From NCBI RefSeq assembly GCF_009834535.1, contig NC_045727.1:6572001-6636000 (forward strand): a DNA stretch of 64,000 bases, in the 5' to 3' direction. The translations under genes were made by a program, and so were the position numbers. Each line of letters opens with the position of its first letter. The stretch's first letter is position 1. Under the pieces are notes generated by a model that did no database searches, was not told the DNA's origin, and worked only from the letters and a program-made list of their open reading frames with translations. Below, in pieces: positions 35,521 through 47,215 of this stretch. Source of the stretch: Camelus ferus. Lineage: Eukaryota.

Positions 35521-36871
35521 CTGCACAGCAAGCCACCTAAACAGGCACAATGTTACTGCCACAACATTCTGTTGGTCAAAGGAGTCACAGACCCTATGCA
35601 GATTCAAGAGGAGGGCACGTCAACCTCATTTCTCAATAAAAACAGCATCAAATAATATGTGGCCACCCTTAATCTGCCCCAAGAAACAGAGATATCCACC
35701 AATAAGGAACCCTCACCTTGCACTGCAATGTGTGTAAGAGAAATGAGGTCTTGTTTATCTAGGCCATATTATTATTGGGCCTCTAAATAGCTTAGCCTTT
35801 TGCCATTACAAATATTCCTATTGAATCAGAATGGGGTAGGAGGCGGCTGAGAATCTGCATTCTAACTGGCAACCTCATGGCTTCACGCACATCAGAATTT
35901 AAGATCCATTCTGCTAAGCAGGACAGCTACTCCATCCCGAGTCTGACCTCCCAGTGACTCTGAGATAGTTAAGCCCTTTTATCTGATTGTTCATGGGGTT
36001 CACATCTTAGAATAGACAACCTCTCCACAGGGTTGGTTTGAAGATCCACGACCTTGCTAAATCCCACTTGGAAATACTCAGAGGGGACTTGGACTTCATC
36101 CAGGGAAATCCTCGCTGGTACAGGAGCTCTTAATACTCTCGGGCTACAGGATGTTCACTTCAGTGGCAAAAATACAGAAGTCCGGGTAAAAGGACGTGTT
36201 TTTCTAAAATGCAACTCCTATAGGCAATCAAATAAAAGGATCAAACTATTTGAGAGGCACCCGGAGATCACACACTGGAGGTATAACAGTGTTGCTTAGC
36301 TGAGTGGATCTTGAATACCAGAGACATGACATCAATTAATAGGGAATGACTTTGTAGGTGACACACATTTTAGGTAACAAGAAAGCCAAGCTCCTATACC
36401 AGCATGTTAAAACTGTAAACAAGAAAGTCACAGGAAAGAGCAAGAGTATTTAAAGTGATTAGTGAAGACACCCAACTGAAAAAAAGGACAGTTTATAAAC
36501 CAACATCTGGCTATTCAAGACCCTCAGCACCTGGAGGGTCTTAGGAAATCAGGTCTCTAATTCAAAAGCCTTTCTCCTCCTCTCAGCTCACTTCCAGTTC
36601 TATTTGAATATTAAGCTTCCTTATGGTTAATATTGGGTCCCCACAGGCTTAAGTTGGCAACGTTTCTCAACAGAGACAGTAACACCAGCCCCAGGAGGCT
36701 GTTGCAAAGATTAAATAAGATAACACAGATATTCATGCAATGAATATTCACAACAAAGATTGAGAGAAGACGTAGTACAATGTTCAGAGCGATGTGGCTG
36801 CACAGTAAACGTAAGCCCCTCCTATTCCCTTTCCATTTTTAGAAAATAACTTCTAAATCAGGAATGGCAGC

Positions 36872-37241
36872 TGTTATTGACTAAATTTTTATATCCTCCC
36901 AAAATTCATATGTTGAAATCCCAACCTCCAAGGCGACTGTATGGGAGGGTGGGGGGTGGGGGGGCCTTGGGGACGTGTATAGGTTACATGGGTGGAGTCC
37001 TCATGAATGGGGTTAGTGCCCTTATAAGAGACAGCTCCAGGGAGCTCCCTCACCCCTCTCACCTTGTGAGGACATGATGAAAAGACTGTGAACCAAGAAG
37101 CGGGCCTCACTGGACATTGAATCTGCCAGCCCCTTGGTCTTGGACTTCCCAGTCACCAGAACTGTAAGGAATAAATGTCTGTCACTCAAGCCTGCCCAGT
37201 GTGCAGTATTTTTGTTACAGTGGCCCCAAAGGACTAAGACA
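36872..37241 (+). mobile_element. MLT1A-like solo LTR, full length
   Basis: tg...ca termini, 'ccaaaattcatatgttgaaatccc', 'ggacttcccagtcaccagaactgtaaggaataaatgtctg', end 'gactaagaca'; 5-bp TSD gcagc/ccagc (4/5). Confidence 0.9.
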
Positions 37242-37769
37242 CCAGCCCAGAGAGACTTAATTTGCTGTACAAAAGGACCTTTTTTTTTCAAAAAGTTTTA
37301 AATTAGGTTCCAACATAAAACTTCGAAGCATTTACACGAAAATTCAGATTTCTGATTTCTTTGAAAAGAACAGAAGCTCTAGAAATGCAGACCAGCCTGG
37401 CCCCTACAGGCATGAGTTTGAGAGCCTAGGACCTAATAATGTTCTCTCTCATCAATTCTTGCCTCCTGGGCCTACTTTCCTGGACTCTAATTTGTCTTCT
37501 CAGTCTGAGGCAGTGAGCAGGGAAAGAATGTGTTGAAGGTTTTGACATCACCATGGATTCTGAGTGCAGAATTTTGCCTTTGATTCTTGGCTATGTGCTG
37601 GGTGCATGAAATGAGGAAAGACAAGCTAATAATACTGTTTGCTTTCAGAGTCATCATGTTTCATTCAGCATGGATTTGGTGAAACCCTACTAATGCTCAG
37701 GGCACTCTGCTCTGTCCTATGGAACATACAAAATTGGCAAGAAAGAGACCTCATCTAGCTAACCCCTGT

Positions 37770-38050
37770 TCACTGTTTAAGTCTCATTGTTAATGTCCCT
37801 TCCTCCAGAAAGCCCTCCCTAATTTCTCCAACTAGGTTACTCTTCAGGTATACTCTGCCCAACTTTTTCTTTGTCACATTCCATGAACTCGGTCAAAGTC
37901 TTTCTCTAGCTCCTTCCTCTGAGTTCCTTATGATGTGCTGTTAATTGCTGCATCCCCAGTTCCTCACCCAGTGCCTAATATCCACTGTGCCCTTAATGAT
38001 ATGCTAAAAGAAAGAATAAATGAAAGAGTACATGAATGAATGAAAGTACT
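37770..38050 (+). mobile_element. L2 3' fragment
   Basis: 'taatgtcccttcctccagaaagccctccctaat...cccagtgcctaata...aaagaataaatgaaag..atgaatgaatgaa'. Confidence 0.55.
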
Positions 38051-38628
38051 AATGGCAGAAGACTGGATGTTTATGTGTTTAATTGCAATAAAAGTGAGAG
38101 GGGGGCAAATGTATTCACTGGTCAATTGCTCATTTGTTAAACATTTTAAATATCACCCTTGAATATAGAAGAGTTAAGTGTCCAGTGTATTAATAGCTAT
38201 AGTGAATTAATATCTATAATGATACAAGCAGGTAAAGTATTTTCCACTAAAAGGGCCAGTTCTCTCCCCTCAAGGAAATCTGATATAAAGTTCCTTATAT
38301 AAATTAAGCTCCTGACACACAGTAGGGCCCCAATCCACGGTACAAGATTATTATGAGTTCTGGGATTTATAATATAGCATCTGCTATCTTCCCTGCTATA
38401 TTCTCAGCACAGAATATGATACAGTGATGTTTAGTAAATATTGGGTAAATTAATTAGGTAATTAATAATGAATTAACAATATTAGCTCAAAAAAAAAAAA
38501 AAAAGCAGCTAGTCTGATCGTCCTGAGGACTGTCTGGATCTGCTGCAGAGTGCCTGAGTGCACTCTGGGACCCCGGGGTCAATGGTGGGAAGGTTAGCAG
38601 TCAGCCCAGGATCCCAGAGGCCACACTT

Positions 38629-38723
38629 CTTATCTGGTCTCTCTGAGGGTCATGTCCAAGGCAACCCTGCCACAAAGGGCACCTTATCTCTGGCAGCACA
38701 GGAGGCTGAGGGCCCCAGATAAG
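38629..38723. promoter_or_regulatory. candidate GATA-factor enhancer (three WGATAA sites)
   Basis: CTTATCT 38629-38635, CTTATCT 38683-38689, AGATAAG 38717-38723; motif evidence only. Confidence 0.4.
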
Positions 38724-38830
38724 CCCTGCAGGAGAGGGGGCCAGGCTCAGATGGGGATCCTGATTAGAGCTGAGGTCTGCAGGGCTCTGGGGTCTGGCCA
38801 GGAGTATTTCAGGCTTCTCGGCAGGACGGG

Positions 38831-38852
38831 TTTTTTTTTTTTTTTTTTTTTT
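38831..38852. repeat. T22 homopolymer
   Basis: Read directly. Confidence 0.95.
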
Positions 38853-38972
38853 ATTTCACAGAAAAGCTGTAGAGCTGAGGGGCCAGAAGGCAGAGTGAGG
38901 GGGTGAAACAGATTTACAAGAGAGAAGAAAAGGACTGGAGATAGAGAATAATGGAGTCTGTCTGTCCATCCA

Positions 38973-38991
38973 TCTCTCTCTCTCTCTCTCT

Positions 38992-39027
<36 letters not shown>
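38973..39027. repeat. compound microsatellite (TC)10...(AC)15
   Basis: Read directly. Confidence 0.95.
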
Positions 39028-39030
<3 letters not shown>

Positions 39031-39039
39031 GCACAGATG

Positions 39040-39380
39040 CACATAGAGCTGTGGGCAGGACGAGAGAAAAAAGAGATTCAGGGTCACAGTGAGAGCCAGA
39101 CAGAAAAGAATCAGAGGGAGAGACTCACAGAGACACACCCAGCAACAGAGCCAGGAAAAAGGAGAGACAGAAGGGAGACATAGAGAGCCAGAGGCTCAGA
39201 AACATCCCCCCAGAGAGAGGATGCATCAAACTCAGAGAGAAAGAGATGAGAGAGAGGGAGAGAGGTTGTTAGGGAGACACAGAGAGAGTAAGGAGGACAA
39301 ACACAGAAGACAGAGACAGAAACATAGTGAATTAAAACTAAAAAACCCACAGAGACCTAAAACAAGAGATCCACAAACCA
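39040..39380 (+). repeat. GA/AGAC-rich low-complexity tract
   Basis: Degenerate agagac/agagag units; explains the stop-free ORF 39089-39640. Confidence 0.75.
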
Positions 39381-39864
39381 TCAGAGAAGGAGTAGAAGGA
39401 GGGGGTGCACCAGTAAATCTGTGGGTCAGCTTTATCTGGAATATAAAGCACTCTCCAGAGATTCTGACACTGGAGTTCTGGGGAGGACCTGGGTATCCCA
39501 AGTTTTATAAGTTCCCCAGGCGACCCTCACTCACAGCCTGGACTGAGAACCGCTGCCTAAAGCAAGGTTCTTCATCGGAGGGAGAATTATATCAGAACTA
39601 CTTAAGGTGTTTGTTTAAAATCCTTAGTTCTTGGATATGAGTCCTTCCTGGGCTCTGAATTAGACCCTAGTGGGAGGCCCAGGCAACTGTATTTTCACAT
39701 GTTCCTCTGGGTATTCTGAGGCACACTTCAGAGAATAACTGTCCTCAGCTGGTGGCTTTGGGGAAGCCATACACATGCACGCACACACACACACATCTCA
39801 GAGCAGGTGTGGTGATGCTGTCGCCGGCTTTTAAAGAAGTTCCCTAGCCCAACCTGTCCTTATT

Positions 39865-40075
39865 TGTGGGAGCACGAGACTAGACTCAAGGTCAGGAAAC
39901 CAGGTCACAGCCCGGCTTCCTACCTGCTGAGCGGCCCCAGACATGTCACTTAACCTTCCTGAGCTCCTCCCTACTTAGGAAGACAATGAGGTTAATAATC
40001 TCAGCTCTGTCAGCCTCACAGGCCCTCTGGGTGAAAACATGAGACGAAACCACAGGCGTGTTTGGAAGCTGAAAA
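39865..40075 (+). mobile_element. MIR SINE
   Basis: 'catgtcacttaaccttcctgagctcctccc...aatgaggttaataatctcagctctgtcagcctcacagg'. Confidence 0.6.
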
Positions 40076-40126
40076 GCTCTCCAATGCTATCATTATTATT
40101 ATTACTAGTTTCATTATTATTAATAG

Positions 40127-40840
40127 GTATGTTGTCCTTTTCCAACACCAACAACCAGTCCTCCAAATCTCTGATTCTCTGACACCACCTGGGTGTCCGA
40201 CAATCAATTTTGACAACACCCAGAGTTCGCGCAGACACCACAGGTGAAGCACTCAGTCCCACCGGACTGACTCCTCTGGAGACACCAGCCACAAATGGGG
40301 TGTCCAGGCTACTCACACTCCTGTCCAGCCAGCTACAAATTCAACGGTTCCCCAGACCCCTTCCTCAGGTTTGATAATTTGCCAGAACAATTCACGGAAC
40401 CCAGGAAGATGCTATGCTTGCTATTACAGCTCATTACAAAGGACACAAATGAACGGCCAGGCGGGAAGATACACAGGGTGAGGTCCGGGAGGAGCACAGG
40501 AGCATCTGTGCCTGTGGATTCGGGCTGCCCCGCCCTTCTTGCATGTGGACCTGTTCACCAACTTGGAAGCTCTCTGAATCTCATTCAAGAGCGTTTATCA
40601 CCTGGTTTCCAAGCCCCTCCCTTCCTTACAGGTTGAGGGAGCTGAAAATTTCCACCCTTTTGCAAGAGTTTGGTCTTTCTGATGACCAGCTCCCATCCTG
40701 AGTCATCTCATTATCAACTACTCAGTTGTCTAGAAAAGGGTAGAAAATTATAAATAATAAAAGGGACTGCTACCACTCAGGAAATTCCTCTGTATCAGGA
40801 AGGGACAAAACCAAATGTGTATTTTATTATATCTACCATA
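40127..40840 (-). mobile_element. MER21-family ERVL LTR
   Basis: Reverse of the 40840 end reads '...atataataaaatacacatttggttttgtcccttcctgatacagaggaatttcctgagt', the recalled MER21 5' end; internal 'cctcaggtttgataatttgccagaacaattcacggaacccagg'. Confidence 0.75.
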
Positions 40841-40849
40841 GCAGGTAAA

Positions 40850-41030
40850 TTACTGAGTGCCTGCTAATTACTAACTGCCCTGGTAAGCATTTCACAAGCC
40901 TTGTTTCATTGGTTCCTTATAACACAATGGGTATTTTACTATCACTCCCATTTTACAAAAGAAGAAACTGAGGCTGATAGAGATCTAGTATTTTGCCTGG
41001 AATCAAAAAACATGCAAATGGCAGAGCCAG
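40850..41030 (-). mobile_element. MIR SINE
   Basis: 'actcccattttacaaaagaagaaactgaggctgatagaga'. Confidence 0.65.
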
Positions 41031-41174
41031 GTCCCTTACCATCTTAGACCTGAAAGGAATCTCAAAGACCAGATGATAAAATTACCTCCCTCTATAGGTG
41101 AAGACCCCCAAAGTTTAGAGAGATCAGATGTCTGACCTAGCTCATAGAAGGAGTCACTGCTCCACTCTATGACA

Positions 41175-43320
41175 AATTATTTTAAACAAATCACAGTCAT
41201 GACAGACAACTTGATTGTATATGGGAAAAAAATCCTAATAAATTTACACCAAAAAATTTACTAGGATAAATGAATTTAGTTAGGTCACAGCATATAAGTC
41301 AATATATAACAAAAATAAATTTTGTTTCTGTTAATAACAAATAACTGGAAAACAAAATTAGAAAAGCAATGGAATTTACAAAACCATCAGCAAAGATACA
41401 ATAATTAGGAATAAATTTAGTAAAAAAAAAATGTGCAAGATCTGTATACTGAAAGCTAAGGAAGAATGTTCAGGGCAATTAAAGATGACTTGAGTAAATA
41501 GAATGATATACCATGTTCATGGATCAGAAGACGTAACACTGTTAAGATGCCCATTCTCACAAATGGAATGTAATCCCAAGCAAAATCTCAGACTGAAAAA
41601 ATTGACATGCTGATTCTAAAATTCCCTGAAGAAGCAAAACACCTGTGCACTAGTTTGCTTGAGCTGCCACAACTAAGTACCACACACGGGGGGGCTTAAC
41701 AAAAATGTATCGTCTCACAGCTCTGGAGGCTGGAAGTCCAAGATTGAGGTGTTGGTGGGATTGGTTCCTTCTGAAGGGTGGGAGAGAAAAAAAATCTGTT
41801 TCATGCCTCTCCCCTGGCTTCTGGTGGTTTTCTGGCCATCTGTGATGTTCCTTGGTTTGTAGAAGCATCACCCTGATCTCTGCCTTTGTTTTCATGGGGT
41901 GTTCTCTTTGTGTGCATGTCTATGTCCAAATTTCCTCATTTTAAAGGACACGAGTCATACAGGATTAGGGCCCACCCTACAGACCTCATTTTAACTTGAT
42001 AACCTCTATAAAGACCCTGTCTCTAAATAAAGTTACATTCTGGGGTACTTTGGGTTAGGATCTCAACATATGAATTTGTGAGGACACATAACAACCTAGC
42101 AAAGCCAAGGCAATCTTCAAGAAGAACTTACACTCCCTGATTGTTATAAAATAACAGTAATCAAGATAGTGAGCTAGAGTGATACTAAAAAGGAAAAATG
42201 TATCAATGTGACAGAGTAAAGAGTCTAGAAATAGATTCACATGTTACAGTCAACTGGTCCTCTACAAAAGCACCAAAGCAATTCTATGGAAAAGGAGTTT
42301 TTTTGACAAATGAGGCTGTAAAAACTAGATACTCATATGAAAAAAGTGAATCTCAATTCCTATATCATACTGTACAAGAAAAAATTAATCCTAGAATGAG
42401 TCATTGATCTAAACACAAGAGTTAAAACTATAAAGCTTCCAGAAGGAAACATGAGAGTATGTTGTAATAAGCAAACATTTCTTAAGATGCAAAAGCACTA
42501 ACCATAAACTTTTTTTAATTCATAAACTGGATGTCATAAAAATTGAAAACTTCTGTTCATTCAAAAGACAGCATTAAGGAAATTAATAGGGAAGTAACAA
42601 AGTGGGAGAAAATGGTTACAGTACCTGTATCTGATAATGTCCTTGTATCCAGAACATAAAAGATACTCCTACAATTGAATAATAAAAAGAAAAATAATCT
42701 AATTTTTAAACGGTCAAAAATCTTGAACAGACACTTCAGAAAGGAAGACATACAAATAACCAATTAGTCCATGAAAATGTACCCAATGCCATTAGTCACC
42801 ACAGAAATTAAAACCAGATTGAAAAAACATCAAAAGCCCATCAAAATGGTTTCTTAACAATCTAACCAACATAAAATGTTGGCTAGGACGTGGAACAACA
42901 AAAAGACCCAAATATTCCAACCTGGGATACAGAGTGTACAACAATTTTTTGAAAAGATCTGAAAGTGTCTTATAAATGAAATTTACATCGACCTGGTAAC
43001 CCAGAGAAACTCATTCCTAGCAATTTACCCAAGAGAAATGAAAACATACATTCACCCAAAGACCTGTCCACGTTTTATTTATAAGAGCCCCAAACTGGAA
43101 ACAAGCCAGGTTTGAAGAAGAGATAAACTGTGGCACAGTCATACCATGGAACACTATGCAGCAACAAAAAAGGATGAACTGCTGCTTTGGGCAACAAAAC
43201 GTGTCATCCTCACTGACGCGATGATGAGCAAGAGAAGATACAATGGAACACACACAGCACGGTTCCACTTTATATGAAGTTCAAAACAGGCAAATGGAAT
43301 CTATGGTGGTAGAAACCAGC
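41175..43320 (+). mobile_element. old L1M ORF2/3' region, interrupted by MLT1C
   Basis: 'ataccatgttcatggatcagaagacgtaacactgttaagatgcccattctc', 'gaacagacacttcagaaaggaagacatacaaataacc', 'aactggaaacaagccagg'. Confidence 0.8.
41646..42093 (-). mobile_element. MLT1C-like solo LTR inserted in L1
   Basis: 'tgcactagtttgcttgagctgccacaactaagtaccac...gaggacacataaca'; 5-bp TSD acctg (41641-41645) / accta (42094-42098); removing it restores L1 'gcaaaac-acctagcaaagccaag'. Confidence 0.85.
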
Positions 43321-44019
43321 AAGGCAACAGATCAAGGGCACCTTCCCAGGATATCCAAGTGTCCCATCAGTGGGGCAACCACAGTCTAGTCCAACAGTGC
43401 TGCAGCCTATCCATGGTGCCATGAAATTAATTTAGTGGATTGAAACTAGCATTTTTTAGTGGAATGGAATGGAAAATATCCCAGCACAATAGTTATGTGT
43501 GTGCCCATGCGTGAGAGCATGTGTGTGAGTGTGCAAGTGTATGCAGGCACGTGCCGGGTCCTGGTTGTGACATGAAATGCATTTCTTACCAAGGATCGCA
43601 TCAAAATATCTGAACCTGACTCTAGTCCTTTCTCCACTCACGCAGCCCCATTGGGGCACAGACACACCTGCACCAAAAGGCACCTTGGCTGTTGATTTGT
43701 ATGGAGACTCCTGTGCTGTCAACATTTTAATCAATCCAAAAGGCAAACTCGCCTGCAGCTATGGAACGAGAAAGGTCTTCTGTGTTAATTGAGACATTTA
43801 CTTTAAGCAAGACAGGAACCCCACGTGTGCGCTTGTATTGTAACGAGTGTGTACTTTTTGGTTTGCTTAGTAACCACAGTCCCTGGTGTACAGAAGAAAC
43901 CCCAGACCCAACAACATCCCTCTGGGTCCAGATACAATGGAGGAGGGGAGGGGCTGGGGGCTCCCTCTCAAAAAAGGGCCAGGCACCTCACAAGAGGAAT
44001 TATTGGGATCAGACAGGTA

Positions 44020-44330
44020 TAAACTCCAGTCCTAATGCTGTTATCTCCCATCTGTATGACCCCGGACAAGCGAAATCACTCCTTTGAGCTTTGGTTTCCT
44101 CATCTGAAAAAAGGGGTGATGGTCAGACCAACCTCATAGGACTGTCATGGGTTAATAACAATGACAGTTTATCTCTAACACAGCACTTACAATGACTATG
44201 CCTACTGACCCAGGTAATCCTCACTATGACTCTGAGAGATGAAGGGTCACAGATGAGAAAACTGAGGCCACAGTGGTTCAGTGACCTACCCCGGGTTCCC
44301 CAGCTGCTGAACTGCAGGGCCTGGGCTTCC
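44020..44330. mobile_element. two adjacent MIRs in opposite orientation
   Basis: 'ttggtttcctcatctgaaaaaagggg' (+) then 'cacagatgagaaaactgaggccacagtggttcagtgacct' (-). Confidence 0.65.
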
Positions 44331-44439
44331 CACTCACTCTCCCTGCTCAGTTTTAGCTACTCAATGAAAAAAAAAACTAAGAGCCACTAGAGAAAATGAT
44401 ATCTAAGAGAGGATGCCAGTCTTTGAGGCTGTTTACCAA

Positions 44440-44815
44440 GAATTCGGGCTTCTCTTTCCAGGCACACAGTAGGATTACTGCTCTCTACCCTCTTGAATTT
44501 ACAGCTATCAACTTGCTGGCTTTAGCTAATAAAATATAAGTGGAAGCGGAGTGTGCTGCTTCTGGGCAAAAGGTATGAAAGAGAGCATGTCCAACCCTCT
44601 TCTTCCTGCTGAGGGGATCATGAAAACATGTCAACATGGAGCCTCCACTGACCTGCTTTCCTGCACAGCTGCGGTGAGCGCAGACCTCCCCACCAATATG
44701 CCTTCATCACACTACGTGATTGAGAAATGAAGTTTTGTTATTTTAAGACTCTGAGATTTGGGGTTTTCTGTTCTTATAGCAACATCTGGCCTATCTTGGC
44801 TGATACAGGCCCTTC
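44440..44815 (+). mobile_element. old MaLR LTR (MLT1H/I/J-like)
   Basis: 'ttttgttattttaagactctgagatttggggttttctgttcttatagcaacatctggcctatcttggctgataca'. Confidence 0.55.
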
Positions 44816-44819
44816 CCAG

Positions 44820-45040
44820 GTACTGTTTACTGAGTGCCGTGGGTCAGATTAAGATTATACACTTGACCTACGTCAACTCATTTAAGCCTGACTACAACCC
44901 TAGAGAGAAATCCTATGAGCGTGCCCATTTGCAGATGAGGAAACTGGGACTCCAGGAGGTTAAGTCAATTGCCCAGGTTCATGCAGCTCATAAGTGGCAT
45001 GGTCAGGACCCAGACTTAGACCAGAATAATGACTGCCTCC
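44820..45040 (-). mobile_element. MIR SINE
   Basis: 'cccatttgcagatgaggaaactgggactccaggaggttaagtcaattgcccaggttcatgcagct'. Confidence 0.75.
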
Positions 45041-45099
45041 ACCACTTATGGGAAGGGAACACAGCAGTGCACTGGAGCTGGCCCATGGGAATCCCTTCC

Positions 45100-45240
45100 C
45101 CAGTTCACGCTCGGTGATGTCACACTGGGACCTTGAAATCCAGCACAGTGGGAGTATCTACACCATGGAAATTGGCAAAGGCTACCAATCAAGGCTTTTC
45201 TTTTTAATTGAAGAGCCAATGTACCACTACGTTACTCATT
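45100..45240. mobile_element. MER63-like hAT fragment
   Basis: 'gtgggagtatctacaccatggaaattggcaaaggctaccaatcaaggctttt'. Confidence 0.5.
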
Positions 45241-45854
45241 AGACCCCTATTATCAGAGCCAGCCATGCTGAGTTCAAATCCACTAAACTTGCCCAGGGAA
45301 ATTCCCAGAAGCTCATCCAGGACCCCTCAGGATTCCCTAAAGTGTTTTTAGCTGATTGAAAAGAATCTCTAGTGGGACTAGCACCAAGCAGGGGAACCAC
45401 AGGTTGAATTGCTAAGAGCAAGAGAGAAGGTGCTCAGCAGGGTGGTTAAGAAACAGGGTGAGAGAGCAAGAGGGGGAAAATCCAGTGGAGGAGAGCAGAG
45501 CCTCCCAGTAAGGAGAATAGAGTCTTCCATCTGTGGAGCACACATTTTGTTAAGTCTGCATAATTCATAAAACACAAGAACATCCTGAAGACAGCTCAGG
45601 TTCAGGGCAGAAGATCAAGTTGACAAGACTGGCTTTGGGGTAAAGCAAGCAGAGGGTGGGGGTGACTGCTGGAAGTGACCTATATTTCTCTGTGTTTACA
45701 CTGGAGCAGGAGCTGTCTCTGCTCATCCATCACCCCAACCAGGCTTCACCAGCAGCCCAGTTTTCCCCAGGGGTGAGGGACCTCTGGAGCACAGAGCCAC
45801 AAGGATGGCTACTGTGTTGGCTTCTGGTGGCTGCTCCCATATCTCCAGACCACT

Positions 45855-46045
45855 ATATTCACTCTTGGGATAAGAGTGATGGTAACTCTGCCACTTGCAG
45901 GCAGGCTGACCTTGGACAAGTGGCCTTGTCTCTCGAAGCTTCAGTTTGTTCTTCTGCAAAGTGGGACTGAGACGAACTCCTAATTCAAAGGGCTGTAATG
46001 TACAGTGCCTGGCATGTGGTAAGTGCTTAGTAAATAGTGGCCTTC
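45855..46045 (+). mobile_element. MIR SINE
   Basis: 'gctgaccttggacaagtggccttgtctctcgaagcttcagtttgttcttctgcaaagtggg...gtgcctggcatgtggtaagtgcttagtaaat'. Confidence 0.7.
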
Positions 46046-46094
46046 AGCTTTTATAACTACAAGGAAGAAGAATAGGAACAATAAATATAATATT

Positions 46095-46710
46095 TAACAG
46101 TGTCAGATGCTATTCTGAGAGTCTTACTTAAAATAAATCCTTTAATCCTCACAGCAAGCCTCTTAGACAGGTACCACCACTGTCCCCATTTTCTAGAGGA
46201 GCAAACTAAGGCAGAGAAGGAGTGTCATCTGACCAAGGCACAGTTATTGAGCCCCCAAGGGCCAAGGAGTTTATAAACATCATCTTTCATCATCACCTGC
46301 ACAACTTCGAGAGTTAGGAATGTTTGTTTCCATTTTAAAGATGAGGAAACTGAGGCTGGAAGAGTTAAATGAGCCAACCCTGGGTTACTGAGCGAGTGAG
46401 CAGCAAAGTGGGAAATTCGACTAGCTCTTTTCGTCTCTAAGTGTTTGTTTCATTCAACCATCTGTAAATTCCCAGAAATAAAACAAGCCACCCTAATACA
46501 GCTAAGTAACATTTATTTGGCACTTAGGATATGCAAGGCACTAGACTAAGCAGTCTCCTATCACAACAGCCACAGGAGGAGGACACTTAGCCCCATTTGA
46601 CAGAGTGGGAAACTGAGGCACGGGGAGATTGGCCACACAGCTAGAAAGTGGCAGAGCTTGGATGTGAAACCAGCAGTTCTGAGTCTAGAGCCTCTTGGCT
46701 TAACCACTGG
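46095..46710 (-). mobile_element. cluster of three MIR fragments
   Basis: Three cores: 'ccccattttctagaggagcaaactaaggc', 'cccattttaaagatgaggaaactgaggc'-like, 'ccccatttgacagagtgggaaactgaggcacgg'. Confidence 0.7.
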
Positions 46711-46744
46711 GCTGAATTCCGTCCAGTTCTGGTATCTATTCAAC

Positions 46745-47215
46745 AAACATCCTGGACCTGAGATAAAGTACAGGAAGGCAGACTTTACTCAGGGGGACCA
46801 CTGCCATGGGTGTAGGGACCACTGCAATGGGAGTCTGCAGAAGGGAAGAGAGATTGGGCTCAACTCTGAATACAACAAGGAAAAGTAGGAATTTATAACC
46901 AAGGAGCAGGGTAGGGGCTCAGCGGATGAAAAATTACTAAGAGGAAACTTCAGGGGGTAAGGAAGGGATTCTGGCTGAACACATCCATTAGGATTCTTGC
47001 TGAAACTGGCCAGGGTGATCAGACATCACCTGGGGGATGGTGGAGGGACCCATTCAGATATCCAGGGCGATGAGACACTGGGGAGGGGTAAACAGACTAA
47101 ACAGGATTCTTGTTAAATGCAGAAAGGAACACAGAAGCCCAAAAGTCAGAGCTTATTTGAGGAGAGAGTTCAGAGGAGACTGAGTGAAGTTTGGTCAAGG
47201 AGAGAATCTTTGCCA
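46745..47215 (-). mobile_element. ERVL-type LTR (MER76/MER77-like)
   Basis: 'gagagattgggctcaactctgaatacaac...gaaaaattactaagaggaaac...ggccagggtgatcagacatcacctgggggatggtggagg...gtttggtcaaggagagaatctttgcca'; subfamily uncertain. Confidence 0.6.

Noticed and set aside
39089-39640. 183-aa Arg/Glu/Gln-rich ORF
   Set aside because: Translation of a GA-rich tract, which rarely contains stop codons.
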